A stretch of 64,000 nucleotides of DNA from Pseudogymnoascus verrucosus (taxonomy: Eukaryota): NCBI GenBank assembly GCA_001662655.1, contig KV460206.1. One strand, given 5' to 3'. Below, piece after piece: positions 60,623 through 64,000 of the stretch; the stretch's first letter is position 1; every line of letters begins with the position of its first letter. Below the pieces are notes generated by a model, which saw nothing but the letters and a program-made list of their open reading frames with translations, was not told where the DNA came from and did no database searches. The position numbers and the translations under genes were made by a program.

Positions 60623-61217
60623 GGCTCAGTGATGGCGCGCGAGGCCTCATTCGAATCAACGCATGCCTTGTAGGCAATATTGCTGCTTCGAGAGCACAAG
60701 ACGAGAATTGAGGCCCTGAGTTGTCAATTCACAGCTTATAGCCATAAATCAAAAAGGTGATCGAACAGGAACAGGTATGGCGCCGAGATTGGCTAGCTCA
60801 AGCGTACTCGTATGCAACGACCTTGAGGTACCCCAGTGTCTCATGGTCCGTGCGTCGATATTGAAGATCTAAGATAGAGATACAGCAGGCCGATCGATCA
60901 CTTGGACTCTATTTTATCTACATTTGTGCACGACTGTTTACTTGTTCAATTCCTTGAGCCTGTACCATATATATATATATTTGTTATTACGAAGGCACGC
61001 ATATATCCCGAAGTCTCATTCCAGGCCTTTGTACGTAATCTCCTAACCCCAAAACGCGTGACATCAAAGGCTTACAAGGACTTATAGTATAAAGACAACA
61101 GCCCACTGAGGCAATCGTGCTGCTAGCTGCGGGAGGCTTCTTGCAGATTCTCTACGGCCCATATTCTGGCCTTTGCTTGAACCGACTCCCTGTGTTTCCT
61201 TTCAGAAAGAACGGGCA

Positions 61218-62612
61218 ATGGCGCCCATGAGGCCAAGGCCCAGCATCTCCAAGGAGCGATTCCCGGCGGTTTTCAGCAATTTTAAAACCCAAACTTATCA
61301 TGACCCATCTGCTCGTGGTGTTGGATCTCACGCGTAAGTTCTTCTATTTACCCTCAAATTTTATGTCTCCTGGTGAAGAAATACTATTCCCCCGTTTCAT
61401 ATATGGCATGATAGCCAACAAAGGGTGCCTGGGCCCTTGCTCAAAACTATGAGTTGCTGCCCCTTTGTCTTTCTCATTTATAGGCATATTATATCCCTGG
61501 GGAATAATGCCGATTGTACAGAGTTTCAAAATGTTTCTCCTATTTCCCGATGACCCCCCAACGACCGAGCAAGGCCAAGCGGTATGATCGTGTGTCTTTC
61601 ATGACGACTACTTCTAAAACCAGGGTATTCCTGGTTAATCAAGGCAATAAGAAGCTAATTATTGCTACAGAATACGATGCTTAGACTGGAACCCTCTGGG
61701 GACACTCATTGCTTCCGGTTCAGCAGACCGCACCCTTAGAGTCTGGAACCCCGACAGGCCAAACGTGCGATATTCGACCGAGCTGAAAGGCCACGACGCC
61801 AGCATTGAGAAAGTAGCATTCAACCCAGTCAAAGATGCCGAGCTATGTAGTTTGAGCGCAGATGGAGTCTTAAAGCTGTGGGATGTGCGAACGAAAACCT
61901 GTATCAATGAGATCAAGGGCCTTGGATCGGCTGTTTCGCTGGTGTGGCATCCGGACGGCGAGGGAATCATTGTAGGGAACAAGGTATGCAAAAGTACTAC
62001 CGATCGCATGCTCATATCTAATACTTTCTTTAGACAGATACCCTCTTCTTCATAGACCCGGCGCAGTTCAAAGTGGTGGCTGAGCATGCACAAGACGTGC
62101 AAACAAACGAGATCGCCTTCTGCTGGAGTGGAAAGCGGATATTTGTTTCGACAGGAGAGGGCCGTGTTAAAATACTGAGCTATCCTGACCTCCAACCCGT
62201 CTTTCAGTGCGGATGGGAAGATAAGCCTCTCACATTAAACGGCCACACATCGTCATGTCTGTCGTTGGCATTACAACCAACAGCTCGCTTTCTGGCGAGT
62301 GGCGGGTCAGATTCAATCATATCCCTCTGGGACACAAAAGACTGGCTTTGCCAGAGGACACTGATTGAAATGACTGGGCCAGTCCGGAACATCAGCTTTT
62401 CATGGGATGGGATGTATGTGGTTGGGGGCAGCGACGAAGGAAACGGCTTGGAAATAGCTCACGTGGATACTGGGGTATATGTTCACAGTGTGAAATCGCA
62501 GACGCCGAGCCCAGTGGTGGCGTGGCATCCGACGAAATATCAACTGGCATATGCGGATTTTGGAGGATTGAAGATCATTGGCATCGATTCGGATAGGAAG
62601 CATAACAACTAA
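61218..62612 (+). CDS. THOC3: THO/TREX complex subunit 3 (Tex1/THOC3), WD40; introns 61334-61670 and 61984-62033
   Basis: IRCLDWNPLGTLIASGSADRTLRVW, ELKGH, TGEGRVKILSYP, GHTSSC, LASGGSDSIISLWD, VAWHP...LAYA. Confidence 0.85.
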
Positions 62613-63346
62613 AGCCAGCGATTTCGGGCATATGTTGATAGTGAGGCACGTTCATTTAAGGAGTAGGGGTTATGTATAAATATCCGTTGTTAACTACTAC
62701 AACCATGAGTTTCTACTTCATTACTGCATGGCCATATGGTTATTAGAAACCAGTTGCTACAGTAAATAGCGATCCACACCATAGAGTAATGCCACATCGA
62801 CACTCTACACCACTATCTAGCCCCATAACACAGTAGATCAGTCATTGCTCGCTAACCCCGCGAAACTGTAACTAGGAGAGAGAGTTCCTGAGGTCGATTG
62901 CCGCATTCAGTCCCAGGCGCTCGTCACATAACGTCGGAGGCCATCATAGAACATCGGAGGTCCTCATAAAGCATGAAGGCCGAAGGCCGAAATTATGTTA
63001 TGTCCGGTTGAAGTGGGTGAGACGGCCGCATCGCGGCCGCCTCGGAGTTTGTGACGTCCACCGTTGTGGTCGACGTCACTTCGGAGTTTAGGGAGTTTAT
63101 ATAACCTTCATCAATTTCATGGCTTTTGGGCCTGCAGGTGAAACCACATTCCACTACTATTAATGAGGTTCTCTGAGAACGGTAAAATATGTATATAAAG
63201 GCCTAATCTCCACTCAAAGTATTATAAGTTTTTATCATCGTGAGTATTTATACCTTCCAAACTACTACAGCTACGAACATCCCACTCTTCAAATCGCCCT
63301 ATCAACGTATCCCTTCCTCACCCGTAAGCGCCAAAACATAAGCAAA

Positions 63347-64000
63347 ATGGTGAAGATTCAGGGAAAAGAGGTCGGAGAGACTGGATATGGGCTTATGGGT
63401 TAGTTCCTCGGTGGCAGCTCCATGCTCGTCCAATTCTAAACCACATTATAGGATTCACAATGCCTCAAAAGCTTATAGAGCATGAGCAAGCTTTCCAGGC
63501 CATGAAGGCTGCCCTCGAAGCAGGAGCGACTTTTTGGAATGGCGGCGACTTCTACGGCACGCCCGATTACAACTCCTTGCATCTCGTTGCCGCCTATTTC
63601 ACAAAGTATCCTGAAGATGCCGACAAGGTCGTACTCTCTATAAAATCGGGGTTCAAGACCGGTTTTGAGATCGATGGTAGCCCAGAATACGTCCGCAATC
63701 GAGTTAATAACGCCAACAAGATCCTGGCAGGCACGAAGAAGATTGACATCTTCGAGTATGCTAGAGTACCAACTAATGTTGATTTCTTCAGTGTGACGCT
63801 CAAAGAGCTACAGAAGTGTGTGGAGGAGGGACTCATTGGAGGCATTGGCATCAGTGAAGTCACAGCGGCTACTATCAAAAAAAGTGCAGCAGTCACAAAG
63901 ATTGACGCCGTGGAAGTGGAGTTGAGCTTATGGTCGACGGATATCTTGACAAATGGTGTCGTGGAAGCCTGCAGCGAGGCCAATATCCCTGTTATTGCGT
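63347..64000 (+). CDS. Aldo-keto reductase of pyridoxal reductase type, 3' truncated; intron 63399-63451
   Basis: GKEVGETGYGLMGFT, FWNGGDFYG, YFTKYPEDADKVVLSIK, IDIFEYARV, IGGIGISEV, AVEVELSLW. Confidence 0.88.

Noticed and set aside
1..64000. tRNA genes and intact transposase or reverse transcriptase ORFs
   Set aside because: No convincing cloverleaf or DDE/RT motifs found by eye; tRNAscan-SE and a repeat-library search would be needed to exclude them.

Overview
Fungal (filamentous ascomycete) nuclear DNA with short GT-AG introns carrying CTRAY branch points. The compositional style suggests a Leotiomycete such as Pseudogymnoascus, which is my inference only. Both flanks hold mostly conserved housekeeping genes: BCAA aminotransferase, SCY1-like pseudokinase, PhyH dioxygenase, HIRA, ODC carrier, DNA2, two aldo-keto reductases, CK2 beta, RIC1 and THOC3/Tex1. 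The standout is a ~13 kb accessory island (~19550-32555) built as a 5S-rDNA-punctuated cassette array. It has two full 5S genes, two 5'-truncated 5S fragments and four copies of one spacer, all on the + strand. These separate three unrelated cargo blocks: (1) a frameshifted secreted HEXXH metalloprotease, an SDR remnant and a HET-domain gene; (2) a nitrilase, a TA-flanked hairpin mini-element and an alpha/beta hydrolase; (3) an intronless secreted polysaccharide-lyase-like gene. No recombinase or Starship captain is recognisable in the window. All alignments and translations were done by eye; no database searches were run.
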